The notes below the pieces were generated by a model. That model worked only from the letters and a program-made list of their open reading frames with translations, was not told where the DNA came from and ran no database searches. The position numbers and the translations under genes are program-made. A DNA stretch of 38,392 bases from Chitinophagaceae bacterium (GTDB lineage Bacteria; Bacteroidota; Bacteroidia; Chitinophagales; Chitinophagaceae), in contig JAYVLZ010000322.1 of assembly GCA_043759175.1 (NCBI GenBank), positions 1 through 38,392 of the forward strand. The letters are read 5' to 3'. Positions 10,305-19,765 of the stretch are shown here, one piece after another; within the stretch, counting starts at the first letter, position 1; every line of letters begins with the position of its first letter.

Positions 10305-11579
10305 TTACAATCCTGTTGCTACTGTTTTAGTTCCTCTCTCTTTAGTTAACTGTTCCCTTATTTTCTGCTCACGGTAAAATTGCAGGGGATTCAAAGAACC
10401 GCCGCCTCTTATCCTTGCTTCTGCTGCAATGCTTCTTACATCTGTACGAAAAGTATTTTGTAAAATTTCCTGCGCTGCCACCACATCGTTTGCATCCTGT
10501 GCAGCATTGAGTTTATTTCTGTCAACCAACAATGAATGGGTGTAAGCAAGCATGATGGCATCTACTGACTGCAATAAATCTTCCAGCGGATCTTTTACAT
10601 TGTGACTGGCATCAATCATCCATCCTAAATCTGTTGCATGGTTCATGCCTCTTGCATCCATGCCTTCCACCAGTTCATTAAAAATTAAGAATAACTGGTA
10701 AGGTTTGATGCTGCCTACTGTTAAATCATCATCGCCATATTTACTGTCATTAAAATGGAAGCCTGCCAGCTTTTCTTCCATTAATAATAAAGAAACAATT
10801 TGTTCAATATTGGCGTTGGGTAAATGATGACCAAGATCAACTAATGTATAAGCTTTGGGTCCTAATTTATTAGCGTATAATAATGACTGCCCCCAGTCTC
10901 CCACCGTCATGGAATAAAAGTTAGGTTCATAGGCTTTGTATTCAACAAACACTTTCCAGTCATCGGGTAATGCTGCATAAATTTGCTGTAAACTTTCTAA
11001 GGTATTTTGAAATGCTTTGCGAAAATTTAACTGACCCGGAAAACAACTGCCATCACTCAGCCACACAGTTAGCGCTTTAGAACCTAACTCAACACCATGT
11101 TTTATCACTTCAATATTATGATTAATGGCTTGCCTGCGTACAGCTTTATTTACATGTTGTAAGGATCCAAATTTATAACTCAGTTCCTGATCTTTCTGAT
11201 CCTGAAAGGTATTAGAATTCACCGCATCAAATTGTAATCCTAATTGTGCAGCATGTGTTTTGATAGCGGAATAATTTTCTGGAATATCCCAGGGAATATG
11301 TAAAGAGATGGCACCACTGGATTGGTTGAGTGCATGCAGCAAACCTACATCTTCCATTTTTTCTTCTAATGAACGTGGTTCACCACTACCGGAAAATCTT
11401 CCAAATCTTGTACCACCTGTACCCAGCGCCCAGCTTGGTATAGCTACCTGGAAGGCGATTAGCTTTTGGATAATTTCTTCTACATTATTTATTTCTGAGG
11501 CGGTGAAATCAAACTTTTTTTTATGATTGGCTAAATGCAATCCGTTGAATTCGGCAATCGTGTTTTTTTTTATTTGCAT
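10305..11579 (-). CDS. rhaI: L-rhamnose isomerase (RhaI-type, xylose isomerase-like)
   Basis: IPSWALGTGGTRFGRF; SLHIPWD; NSNTFQD; EYKAYEP; DLGHH; FHFNDSKYGDDDL; IDASHNVKDP. Confidence 0.82.
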   Translation of the reverse strand: MQIKKNTIAEFNGLHLANHKKKFDFTASEINNVEEIIQKLIAFQVAIPSWALGTGGTRFGRFSGSGEPRSLEEKMEDVGLLHALNQSSGAISLHIPWDIPENYSAIKTHAAQLGLQFDAVNSNTFQDQKDQELSYKFGSLQHVNKAVRRQAINHNIEVIKHGVELGSKALTVWLSDGSCFPGQLNFRKAFQNTLESLQQIYAALPDDWKVFVEYKAYEPNFYSMTVGDWGQSLLYANKLGPKAYTLVDLGHHLPNANIEQIVSLLLMEEKLAGFHFNDSKYGDDDLTVGSIKPYQLFLIFNELVEGMDARGMNHATDLGWMIDASHNVKDPLEDLLQSVDAIMLAYTHSLLVDRNKLNAAQDANDVVAAQEILQNTFRTDVRSIAAEARIRGGGSLNPLQFYREQKIREQLTKERGTKTVATGL

Positions 11580-11640
11580 ACAATCTATTTATGGCAAGAA
11601 AATTAATTTTTAAATGGCCGATAGTACTATCAACCTTTAC

Positions 11641-11672
11641 CAAATCTAAAATAAAAGTAAACGGGAATCAAA
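11641..11672 (-). promoter_or_regulatory. Bacteroidota housekeeping promoter for the rhamnose operon
   Basis: The minus strand reads TTTG (11672-11669), a 20-nt spacer, then TAGATTTG (11648-11641), matching the TTTG-N19-21-TAnnTTTG consensus about 60 nt upstream of the isomerase start. Confidence 0.7.
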
Positions 11673-11816
11673 AAAAGACTGTCATGTACTGTCTGTTATA
11701 TTGTTATGATTATTTCGTTACAGCAAAAATTTATTCAGCCGTTTGTGAAATCATGTAGCTTATACTGTAAGTAAGATTTTTTTGATGCGGTATGTTTGTT
11801 CAGGCAGTAGTAACAA

Positions 11817-11843
11817 GGGGCAGCAGGACGGGAGACCTGCGCC
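11817..11843. repeat. Short GC-rich hairpin, possibly a degenerate REP
   Basis: GCAGG-ACGGGAGA-CCTGC stem-loop in AT-rich intergenic DNA. Confidence 0.35.
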
Positions 11844-11851
11844 TATGTGAT

Positions 11852-11880
11852 AAAAAAAAGAGCGGTGTTTAAGCCGCTCT
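11852..11880 (-). terminator. Intrinsic terminator of the first T9SS repeat gene
   Basis: Stem AGAGCGG/CCGCTCT followed on the minus strand by a T-run (A-run at 11852-11859), 21 nt after the stop codon. Confidence 0.75.
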
Positions 11881-11901
11881 GATACTATTTTAAAAAAATG
11901 C

Positions 11902-13791
11902 TTATTGAAGCTGTATCATCTTATTGGTTTGTTTAAATTGCTTATCTTTTGATGTAGCAATTATCCGGTAGTATAACGATCCCTTACTTAAATGACCTGC
12001 TTTAAAATCTACAGTGTAAGTGCCTGCTTTTTTATCTCCATCAACCAATACAGCCTCCACTCTTCCCAATAAGTCATAAACTTTTATTGACACTTTACTG
12101 TCAAATGGAAGTTCGTACTTAATAGTGCTTGTTCCCACAAAAGGATTAGGATAATTAGAAAGCTTGTATTTTTCAGGCGCAATTAAATTGCTGTTGCTTA
12201 CTTCTAAATCATTAGCTCTTCTTGCAGATGTAACAGGGTTTGCAGGGCATGGTCCCTCTGTATCACCATGTTTTAAATGTGCTGCAACTGCATGCTGGCT
12301 TATACAAAGCGTATTGCCCTTATGGCAAATTAATACCTTGTCATTTTTCTTATCCAATGGTGCACAGTCTTTGAAATCAGGAACTCCATCATTATCATCA
12401 TCAGGGTCAACACAATCAGCCAGTCCATCACCATCCGTATCTGCAAATCCTTCATCAACTGAACCGTTGCAATTATCATCGATACCGTTGCATACTTCTG
12501 TTGCACCGGGATGAACTGCGGCCTTTGCATCATTGCAGTCTGTATTGTTAGCAACATAACCTGCCGGTTGAATGCATGCCTTTAAGGAACTCTTTGGGTC
12601 ACCATAACCATCGCCATCTGCATCTTTATACCAGGTGGTACCTGCAATACATTCCTTTACCTCAATAAACGCAGAACCATGAGAAGGATAAGCACCATTG
12701 GTACCATGAAAATCCTGCAGCTTTGTATATGTGGAAGACGAAAGATCATAAGAAAAAATAACACCAAGGCGGCTGCTTCCTCCATCCCGTGTCATGCCAT
12801 ATAGCTTTCCATCGCTTGCCTGCAAAAGGTTGCCATAAGGAAGAGCACCATTGGTACCATCAAAATCGTGCAGCCTGGTATAAATGGAAGACGAAGGATC
12901 AAAGGAAAAAATTACACCATTGCCGAGGCTTCCTCCAATAAGTGCCATGCCATCTAGCCTTCCATCGCTTGCCTGTATTAGGCTGCCAACAGGACGGCCA
13001 CCATGGATACCATCAAAATCCTTCAGCTTTGTAAATGTGGAAGATAAAGGATCAAAGGAAAAAATAACACCATTGCCGAGGCTTCCTCCCCCACCAGCCA
13101 TGCCATATAGCTTTCCATCGCTTGCCTGCATCAGGTTGCCACCAGGGTATGCACCATCGGTATTATCAAAATCCTTCAGCCTTGTATAAGTGGAAGAGGA
13201 AAGATCATAAGAAAAAATAACACCAACACTGCTGCTTCCTCCCCCACTCGTCATGCCATATAGCTTTCCATTGCTTGCCTGCATAAGGCTACCATTAGGA
13301 TGAGCACCATTAGTATTATCAAAATCTTTCAGCTTTGTATAAGTGGAAGAGGAAGGATCAAAGGAAAAAATAACACCAACACTGCTGCTTCCTCCACCAT
13401 TAGTCATGCCATATAGCTTTCCATCGCTTGCCTGTATTAGGCTGCCAACAGGAATGAACCCATTGACAGCATCAAAATCCTTCAGCTTTGTATAAGTGAA
13501 AGAGGAAGGATCAAAGGAAAAAATAGTGCCGGCATTGATGCTTCCGCCCGTATACGTCATGCTATATAGCTTTCCATCGCTTGCCTGCAGCAGACTGCCT
13601 GTAGGATAGAAACCGTTGACAGAGCTTTCAAAAGACTTGGCAACTATTAAATTATTAGTTGCAGGTATAAATTTATTAATAGTACCTACTCCATCATTTC
13701 CTCCATTATATGTGGTACCATATAAAGTCTGTGCCTGTATAGAAAATATACATGCTAAAAAGTAAATAATACTTAGTAAAGTCTTTTTCAT
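11902..13791 (-). CDS. T9SS-secreted protein: Gloeo/Verruco (GloVer)-type repeat beta-propeller + Asp/Cys-rich metal-binding repeats + type A CTD
   Basis: Signal peptide; 51-aa repeats ([14 protein letters not shown]..GG...GVIFSFD); [12 protein letters not shown]...DCND...[17 protein letters not shown] motif; [19 protein letters not shown]; CTD YPNPF...GxY...KMIQLQ. Confidence 0.88.
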   Translation of the reverse strand: MKKTLLSIIYFLACIFSIQAQTLYGTTYNGGNDGVGTINKFIPATNNLIVAKSFESSVNGFYPTGSLLQASDGKLYSMTYTGGSINAGTIFSFDPSSFTYTKLKDFDAVNGFIPVGSLIQASDGKLYGMTNGGGSSSVGVIFSFDPSSSTYTKLKDFDNTNGAHPNGSLMQASNGKLYGMTSGGGSSSVGVIFSYDLSSSTYTRLKDFDNTDGAYPGGNLMQASDGKLYGMAGGGGSLGNGVIFSFDPLSSTFTKLKDFDGIHGGRPVGSLIQASDGRLDGMALIGGSLGNGVIFSFDPSSSIYTRLHDFDGTNGALPYGNLLQASDGKLYGMTRDGGSSRLGVIFSYDLSSSTYTKLQDFHGTNGAYPSHGSAFIEVKECIAGTTWYKDADGDGYGDPKSSLKACIQPAGYVANNTDCNDAKAAVHPGATEVCNGIDDNCNGSVDEGFADTDGDGLADCVDPDDDNDGVPDFKDCAPLDKKNDKVLICHKGNTLCISQHAVAAHLKHGDTEGPCPANPVTSARRANDLEVSNSNLIAPEKYKLSNYPNPFVGTSTIKYELPFDSKVSIKVYDLLGRVEAVLVDGDKKAGTYTVDFKAGHLSKGSLYYRIIATSKDKQFKQTNKMIQLQ

Positions 13792-14042
13792 TTTAATTAT
13801 TTTTAGATTAATGAATGGGTTTCAATTTTTAATTCATGTGGTATATTTGCGAACGCTATATTTTGTCAGTGACCAGTGCTTTTAAATTCTCCTGTTATCT
13901 ATTGCGCAATTTTACAGGCATCCTCTTTTTTTGTATCCCTTTTGGAGAAAAGGCAAGGGATTTTGAAACTCATGCACCACAGGTTTAATATCTTTTAAAA
14001 TATCAAACCATCACTTCCTGTACTTTTCGGCTCAGGCATAGC

Positions 14043-14064
14043 AGGGCTGCAAAATTGCAGCCCT
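14043..14064 (-). terminator. Stem-loop downstream of the second T9SS repeat gene
   Basis: AGGGCTGCAA-AA-TTGCAGCCCT inverted repeat. There is no clear U-tail, so it may be a processing or stability hairpin. Confidence 0.5.
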
Positions 14065-14103
14065 TACTTACTATAACAGTTTAAATAAATTAAAAAACTA
14101 AAC

Positions 14104-16005
14104 TTACCGGTTTATGATTATTTTATTGGTGGTTTTATTATTTCCATTAATAATAGTTACAAAGTAAACACCGGAAGGTAACCTGCTTACATCAATAGCC
14201 TGTACAAGGTTTACCAGCCTTGACTGCATCAGCGTTTTTCCACTGGCGTTAGTAAGTACCATTAACGCAGGTGCATTGTTAGCTTTGCCTTCATCATAAC
14301 CAGATCTTTCAATGATCATTTTGTGTTTTACCGGATTAGGATAGATGGTAAAGGTTTCACCAGTTTCATCAAAGTCATCCGGGCCGGCATCTGGTACTGC
14401 AAGCGTTGCAGACCTTGCAGCAAGTACATTGATGGAATAATCTTCTACTTCCCCATTTGCAATGTTGTCACATGAAAAAATATTTTTATCTGCACTAACT
14501 GCCACCCTCATTCTTTTTCTTCCGGCGCTGGTGCCCATAGGTACTCTAATCCAGAATTTGGTTTTAACATTTACCGGATTGAAAGGAGCAAATACCAATT
14601 CCCCGCCATCGGTAAAGTCACCATCCCCGTTCCAGTCAATCCATACCCTTATATAAACTAAAGGCTGATAAGTACTGGAGTTATAGCCAGGGGTTACGCT
14701 AAAGCCAAGTAACTTGCCTGCTGCAGTATTTACCCCTTTAGCATTATAATCACCATAACCTGTGCAGGCGGTAGTATTGTTAAACGAATAGCAGGCATAT
14801 ACATTTTTTATAAACCCTTTGTTGCTGCAAACGCCGCTGGCGCTGCAGTAAGCGCCATTGCAGCATTCCTTTACTTCTATAAATGCAGAACCGAAAGAAG
14901 GATCGGCACCATTGGTAACATTAAAATCCTGCAGCTTTGTATAAACAGAAGCCGAAGGATCAAAGGAAAAAATAACACCAGCCAGGTTGCTTCCTCCGTT
15001 AGCTGCCATGCCATATAATTTTCCATCGCTTGCCTGCATCAGGCTGCCAAGAGGAAAGGCTCCATTGGTATTATCAAAATCTTTCAGTTTTGTATAAGTG
15101 GAAGCTGAAGGATCAAAGGAAAAAATAACACCAACATCGCTGCTTCCTCCATTAACTGTCATGCCATATAGCTTTCCATCACTTGCCTGCACAAGGCTGC
15201 CCACAGGAGTACTACCATTAGTACCATCAAAATCCTTCAGTTTTATATAAGTGGAAACTGAAGGATCAAAGGAAAAAATAACACCGGCATTATTGGTTCC
15301 TCCCCTTTCTGTCATGCCATATAGTTTTCCATCGCTTGCCTGTATCAGGCTGCCTAAAGGAACGGCACCATTTGTATTATCAAAATCTTTCAGTTTTGTA
15401 TAAGTGGAAGAGGAAAGATCAAAAGAAAAAATAGCACCAACGCTTTCGCTTCTTGCTCCATTCGTCATGCCGTATAATTTTCCATCACTGGCCTGTACCA
15501 GGCTTCCTGAAGCAAAGTAACCATTAGTAGAATCAAAATCTTTCAGCTTTGTATAAGTAGAAGTGGAAGGGTCAAAGGAAAAAATGACACCATAATCGCC
15601 AAATTCTACCTCATTCGTCCTGCCATATAACTTTCCATCGCTTGCCTGTATCAGGGTACCATAAGGATTGCCCCCATTAACACCATCAAAATCCATCAGT
15701 TTTGTATAAGTGGAAGCCGCAGGATCATAGGAATAAATAACACCAGCTTTGTTGCTTCCTCCACTATGGGTCATGCCATAGAGCTTTCCATTGCTTGCCT
15801 GCAAGAGGGTGCCTGCAGGGCCGACGCCATCGACAAAGCTTTCAAAGGAATTGGCAACCGTTAAAATATTAGTGGCCGGTACAAATTTAATAATAGTACC
15901 TCCATTGATATTTCCTCCTGTAATTACAGCACCATATAAAGCCTGTGCCTGTAAAGAAAATATACAGCCTAAAAAGTAAATAATACTTAGTAAAGTCTTT
16001 TTCAT
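14104..16005 (-). CDS. T9SS-secreted protein: GloVer-type repeat propeller + GEVED domain + type A CTD
   Basis: Signal peptide almost identical to its neighbours; six internal (D/N)GKLYG repeats; VWIDWNGDGDFTD...RMRV...GEVEDY; CTD IYPNP...GVYFVTI...KIIINR. Confidence 0.9.
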   Translation of the reverse strand: MKKTLLSIIYFLGCIFSLQAQALYGAVITGGNINGGTIIKFVPATNILTVANSFESFVDGVGPAGTLLQASNGKLYGMTHSGGSNKAGVIYSYDPAASTYTKLMDFDGVNGGNPYGTLIQASDGKLYGRTNEVEFGDYGVIFSFDPSTSTYTKLKDFDSTNGYFASGSLVQASDGKLYGMTNGARSESVGAIFSFDLSSSTYTKLKDFDNTNGAVPLGSLIQASDGKLYGMTERGGTNNAGVIFSFDPSVSTYIKLKDFDGTNGSTPVGSLVQASDGKLYGMTVNGGSSDVGVIFSFDPSASTYTKLKDFDNTNGAFPLGSLMQASDGKLYGMAANGGSNLAGVIFSFDPSASVYTKLQDFNVTNGADPSFGSAFIEVKECCNGAYCSASGVCSNKGFIKNVYACYSFNNTTACTGYGDYNAKGVNTAAGKLLGFSVTPGYNSSTYQPLVYIRVWIDWNGDGDFTDGGELVFAPFNPVNVKTKFWIRVPMGTSAGRKRMRVAVSADKNIFSCDNIANGEVEDYSINVLAARSATLAVPDAGPDDFDETGETFTIYPNPVKHKMIIERSGYDEGKANNAPALMVLTNASGKTLMQSRLVNLVQAIDVSRLPSGVYFVTIINGNNKTTNKIIINR

Positions 16006-16088
16006 AAAAAGTGTTTTAAGTTATTAATGACAAGTTTCACAGGAATACCGTTAATTCCTGGAAAATAAATGTAATGGAGTAGTTAGAG

Positions 16089-16112
16089 AGGGACTGCAAC
16101 ACTGCAGCCCCT
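16089..16112 (-). terminator. Stem-loop downstream of the third T9SS repeat gene, homologous to 14043-14064
   Basis: On the minus strand AGGGGCTGCA-GTGT-TGCAGTCCCT pairs with one G:U. Confidence 0.5.
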
Positions 16113-16146
16113 GAAATAATTACTCACAATAACCAAAGATTTCAAC

Positions 16147-19014
16147 TTACCGGTTTATGATTATTTTATTAGTTGTTTTATTATTTCCATTAATAATAGT
16201 TACAAAGTAAACTCCGGAAGGCAACCTGCTTACATCAACCGCCTGCACCAGGTTTGCCAGCCTATGCTGCATAAGCGTTTTTCCACTAGCGTTAGTAAGT
16301 ACCATTAGCGCAGGTGCATTATTGGCTTTGCCTTCGTCATAACCAGACCTTTCAATGATCATTTTTTGTTTTACCGGGTTAGGATAGATGGTAAAGGTTT
16401 CACCGGCTTCATCAAATGCATCCGGGCCGGCATCTGGTACCGCAAGCGTTGCAGACCTTGCAGCAAGCACATTGATGGAATAATCTTCTACTTCCCCATT
16501 TGCAATGGTGCCACAAGGAGACATTTTATAATCAGCACTAACGGCTACCCTCATTCTTTTTTTGCCAGCCCCGGTACCTGCAGGTACCCTGATCCAGAAC
16601 TTGGTCTTGACATTTACCGGATGGAAAGGTGCATACACCAGTTCCCCTGCATCTGTAAAGTCACCATCACCGTTCCAGTCAATCCATGCCCTTGTATAAA
16701 CTAATGGCTGATAAGTACTGGAGTGATAGCCCGGTGTTACACTAAAGCCAAGTAACCTGCCTGCTTTAGTATTTACCACTTTGGCAGTATAATCACCATA
16801 ACCGGTGCAGCAGGTAGTATTATTAAACGAATAGCAGGCATATACATTTTTTATAAATCCTTTGCTGCTGCAAACACCTTTTGCGGTACAGTAAACGCCA
16901 TCTTTTACCTCAATAAATGCTGAAATACCATCATAATCCTGCAGCTTTGTAAAAGTGGAAGACGAAAGATCATAAGAAAAAATAGCACCAAGCGTGACAT
17001 ATAGCTTTCCATCGCTTGCCTGCATAAGGCTGCCATTAGCATTGGCACCATCGGTATTAAAACCCTTCAGCTCTGTATAGGTGGAAGTGGATAGATCAAA
17101 GGAAAAAATAACCTCGCCAGCACCGTTTCTTCCTGCATAAACTATCATGCCATATAGCTTTCCATCGCTTGCCTGCACCAGGCTGCCTATAGGGGAAGTA
17201 TAAATGTCAATATCCCTAATATCGTACAGCTTTGTATAAGTGGAAGAGGAAGGATCAAAGGAAAAAATAACACCAGCACCGCTGCTTCCCCCAGCAGCCG
17301 TGCCATAAAGCTTTCCATCGCTTGCCTGCATAAGGCTGCCAAAAGCACCGAAACCATCCTTCAGCTTTGTATAAGTGGAAGATAAAGGATCAAAGGAAAA
17401 AATGCCACCACCGCTGCTTCCATAGAGCTTTCCATCACTTGCCTGTATCAGGCCGCCAGAAGGAGTATTATTCAAATCAAAATCTTTCAGTTTTGTATAA
17501 ATGGAAGCCGAAGGATCAAAGGAAAAAATAGAACCGTAGCCGCTTCCTCTCCCATACGCAAATGACGTCATGCCATATAACTTTCCATCGCTTGCCAGCG
17601 TCAGGCTTTCAATAGGAATGCCTCCATTAGTGGTATCAAAATCTTTCAGCTTTGTATATGAGGAAGAAGAAGGATCAAAGGAAAAAATAACTCCACAGCC
17701 GTTGCTTCCTCCATTCTGCATCATGCCATATAGCTTTCCATCGGTTGCCTGCACCAGGCTGCCCGAAATATTGGCGCCCGTTTCATTAATACCACCATCC
17801 TTTAGCTTTGTATAAGTGGAAGCGGAAGGATCAAAGGAAAAAATAACGCCAAAATTGATGATTCCTCCCGAAACCGTCATACCATATAGCTTTCCATCGG
17901 TTGCCTGCACCAGGCTGCCTAAAGGAGTACCGCCATTAGCACCATCAAAATCCTTCAGCTTTGTATAAGTGGAAGAGGGTGAATCAAAGGAAAAAATAAC
18001 ACCAACACCGCTGCTTCCCCCACCAGCCACGCCATATAGCTTTCCATCGCTTGCCTGCATCAGGCTGCCAGAAGGACTACCGCCATTAGCACCATCAAAA
18101 TCCTTCAGCTTTGTATAAGTGGAAGCCGAAGGATCAAAGGAAAAAATAACTCCATGGCCGTTGCTTCCTTCACCAGCCATGCCATATAGCTTTCCATCGC
18201 TTGCCTGCACCAGGCTGCCACGGGGATTTTCACCATTGGTACCATCAAAATCCTGCAGCTTTGTATAAGCAGAAGCAGAAGGATCAAAGGAAAAAATAAC
18301 TCCACGGTCATTGCTTCCTCCTCTCAGTGTCATGCCATAGAGCTTTCCATCGCTTGCCTGGATCAGGCTTCCACGAGGAGAGGCTCCATTAGTATTATCA
18401 AAATCTTTCAGCTTTGTATAAGTGGAGGACGAAAGATCAAAAGAAAAAATAACACCATAGCCGAGGCCTCCCCAATTCGTCATGCCATATAGCTTTCCAT
18501 CGCTTGCCTGCATTAGGCTGCCATAAGGATTAGCACCATTGGTAAAATCAAAATCCTTCAGTTTTGTATAAGCAGAAGCCGAAGGATCAAAGGAAAAAAT
18601 AACACCACTACTACTGCCTCCTCCATTTAAGGTCATGCCATATAGTTTTCCATCGGTTGCCTGTATCAGACCGCCAGCAGGATAAGCACCATCGTTACCA
18701 ACAAAATCTTTCAGCTTTGTATAAGTGGAGGAAGATGGATCAAAGGAAAAAATACCAGATGCATCGTTGGCTCCCCGTCGCCTTGTCATGCCATATAGCT
18801 TTCCATCGCTTGCCTGGATAAAATTTTCGCCTGATACGCCGCTAATGCTTTCAAAAGATTTGACAACTGTTAAATTATTAGTGGCAGGTATAAATTTATT
18901 AATAGTACCTCCTCCATCATTTCCTCCCCTGGGGGTGGTACCATATAAAACCTGTGCCTGTATAGAAAATATACAGGCTAAAAAGTAAATAATACTTAGT
19001 AATGTCTTTTTCAT
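16147..19014 (-). CDS. T9SS-secreted protein: double-length GloVer-type repeat region + GEVED domain + type A CTD
   Basis: Start set at the ATG at 19014 (MKKTLLSII) by homology with the two paralogs; 13 internal DGKLY repeats; GEVED and CTD closely similar to those of 14104-16005. Confidence 0.9.
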   Translation of the reverse strand: MKKTLLSIIYFLACIFSIQAQVLYGTTPRGGNDGGGTINKFIPATNNLTVVKSFESISGVSGENFIQASDGKLYGMTRRRGANDASGIFSFDPSSSTYTKLKDFVGNDGAYPAGGLIQATDGKLYGMTLNGGGSSSGVIFSFDPSASAYTKLKDFDFTNGANPYGSLMQASDGKLYGMTNWGGLGYGVIFSFDLSSSTYTKLKDFDNTNGASPRGSLIQASDGKLYGMTLRGGSNDRGVIFSFDPSASAYTKLQDFDGTNGENPRGSLVQASDGKLYGMAGEGSNGHGVIFSFDPSASTYTKLKDFDGANGGSPSGSLMQASDGKLYGVAGGGSSGVGVIFSFDSPSSTYTKLKDFDGANGGTPLGSLVQATDGKLYGMTVSGGIINFGVIFSFDPSASTYTKLKDGGINETGANISGSLVQATDGKLYGMMQNGGSNGCGVIFSFDPSSSSYTKLKDFDTTNGGIPIESLTLASDGKLYGMTSFAYGRGSGYGSIFSFDPSASIYTKLKDFDLNNTPSGGLIQASDGKLYGSSGGGIFSFDPLSSTYTKLKDGFGAFGSLMQASDGKLYGTAAGGSSGAGVIFSFDPSSSTYTKLYDIRDIDIYTSPIGSLVQASDGKLYGMIVYAGRNGAGEVIFSFDLSTSTYTELKGFNTDGANANGSLMQASDGKLYVTLGAIFSYDLSSSTFTKLQDYDGISAFIEVKDGVYCTAKGVCSSKGFIKNVYACYSFNNTTCCTGYGDYTAKVVNTKAGRLLGFSVTPGYHSSTYQPLVYTRAWIDWNGDGDFTDAGELVYAPFHPVNVKTKFWIRVPAGTGAGKKRMRVAVSADYKMSPCGTIANGEVEDYSINVLAARSATLAVPDAGPDAFDEAGETFTIYPNPVKQKMIIERSGYDEGKANNAPALMVLTNASGKTLMQHRLANLVQAVDVSRLPSGVYFVTIINGNNKTTNKIIINR

Positions 19015-19311
19015 AAAAAGCAATTTTAAATTATTAAAAAAGTTTTACAGGAATACCGTTAATTCCCGGAGAAAAAGTGTAATGGAGTGGTTAGGGAAGG
19101 TTGGCAGATTGCTTATCACAGGAAGGTTGGATGTGCTGGTTTTGTAAAGTTGTTTGTTTAAAAACCAGGAAACCTTCTTAAATATATAACAATCTTTTTA
19201 ACAAAAGTCTTTATTTTAGATTTAATTAGCCGTATGAACACAAATTAAATAAGCTGTGTTCAACTGATAAGTGCAACATTTTATTTTAGTAAATGTACTT
19301 TATTAGCGAAG

Positions 19312-19419
19312 GCCGTTGTTGATCTTATTGACCAACAACCGAAGCGTAAGCTACAAAACTGTTCCAAAGCGGAATTAATCTCAAGCCCAATGATGTTGGT
19401 CAATAAGACCAACATCGGC
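19312..19419. repeat. REP doublet (REPIN-like) element
   Basis: 26-bp arms at 19312-19337 and 19394-19419 are inverted copies with 2 mismatches. Each arm is itself a palindrome (TGTTGGTC-N5-GACCAACA). Confidence 0.8.
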
Positions 19420-19568
19420 GTTTGAAAAATAGTTGACTTCTTAAAATTTTAGAGTAAATACCAACAATAGCTTAGACAAAAACCTAATAATAATAGTTTA
19501 TTTGTTTTAAGTAAATAAGCTTCAATTTCAACAGGCTGTTACATTTTAATTACTTTTTTAGGGCCACT

Positions 19569-19647
19569 GCAGCAAACATAAAATTATTTACCGGGATACT
19601 CCCTTATAAACTCCACCGCTTTCATCATATCTTCCCTCAATATCCTG
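19569..19647 (-). repeat. Direct duplicate of the hutH 3' end (79 bp)
   Basis: Aligns without gaps to 19751-19829 with 5 mismatches. It encodes RILREDMMKAVEFIREYPGK*, versus RILREDMMKAVEFIKEYPVK* in hutH. Confidence 0.92.
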
Positions 19648-19765
19648 CCCATCAGGCGCCGGACTCCTGTCCGGTGTCTCTTTGTTACTAATCTTAATCA
19701 CTCAAAAATCATCCAGCAATATAATATCTAACAACCTTCTTATAAGTAAAGCAGCAAGCATAAAT

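Noticed and set aside
12690-18830. Regularly spaced conserved 25-30 bp blocks with variable intervals, superficially CRISPR-like
   Set aside because: They lie in frame inside long ORFs with a 153-nt protein-repeat period, the intervals are homologous to each other, and no cas genes are present.
19100-19560. Long AT-rich intergenic region as a possible ncRNA or riboswitch
   Set aside because: Apart from the REP doublet I recognise no conserved RNA motif. An Rfam/Infernal scan would be needed to exclude one.
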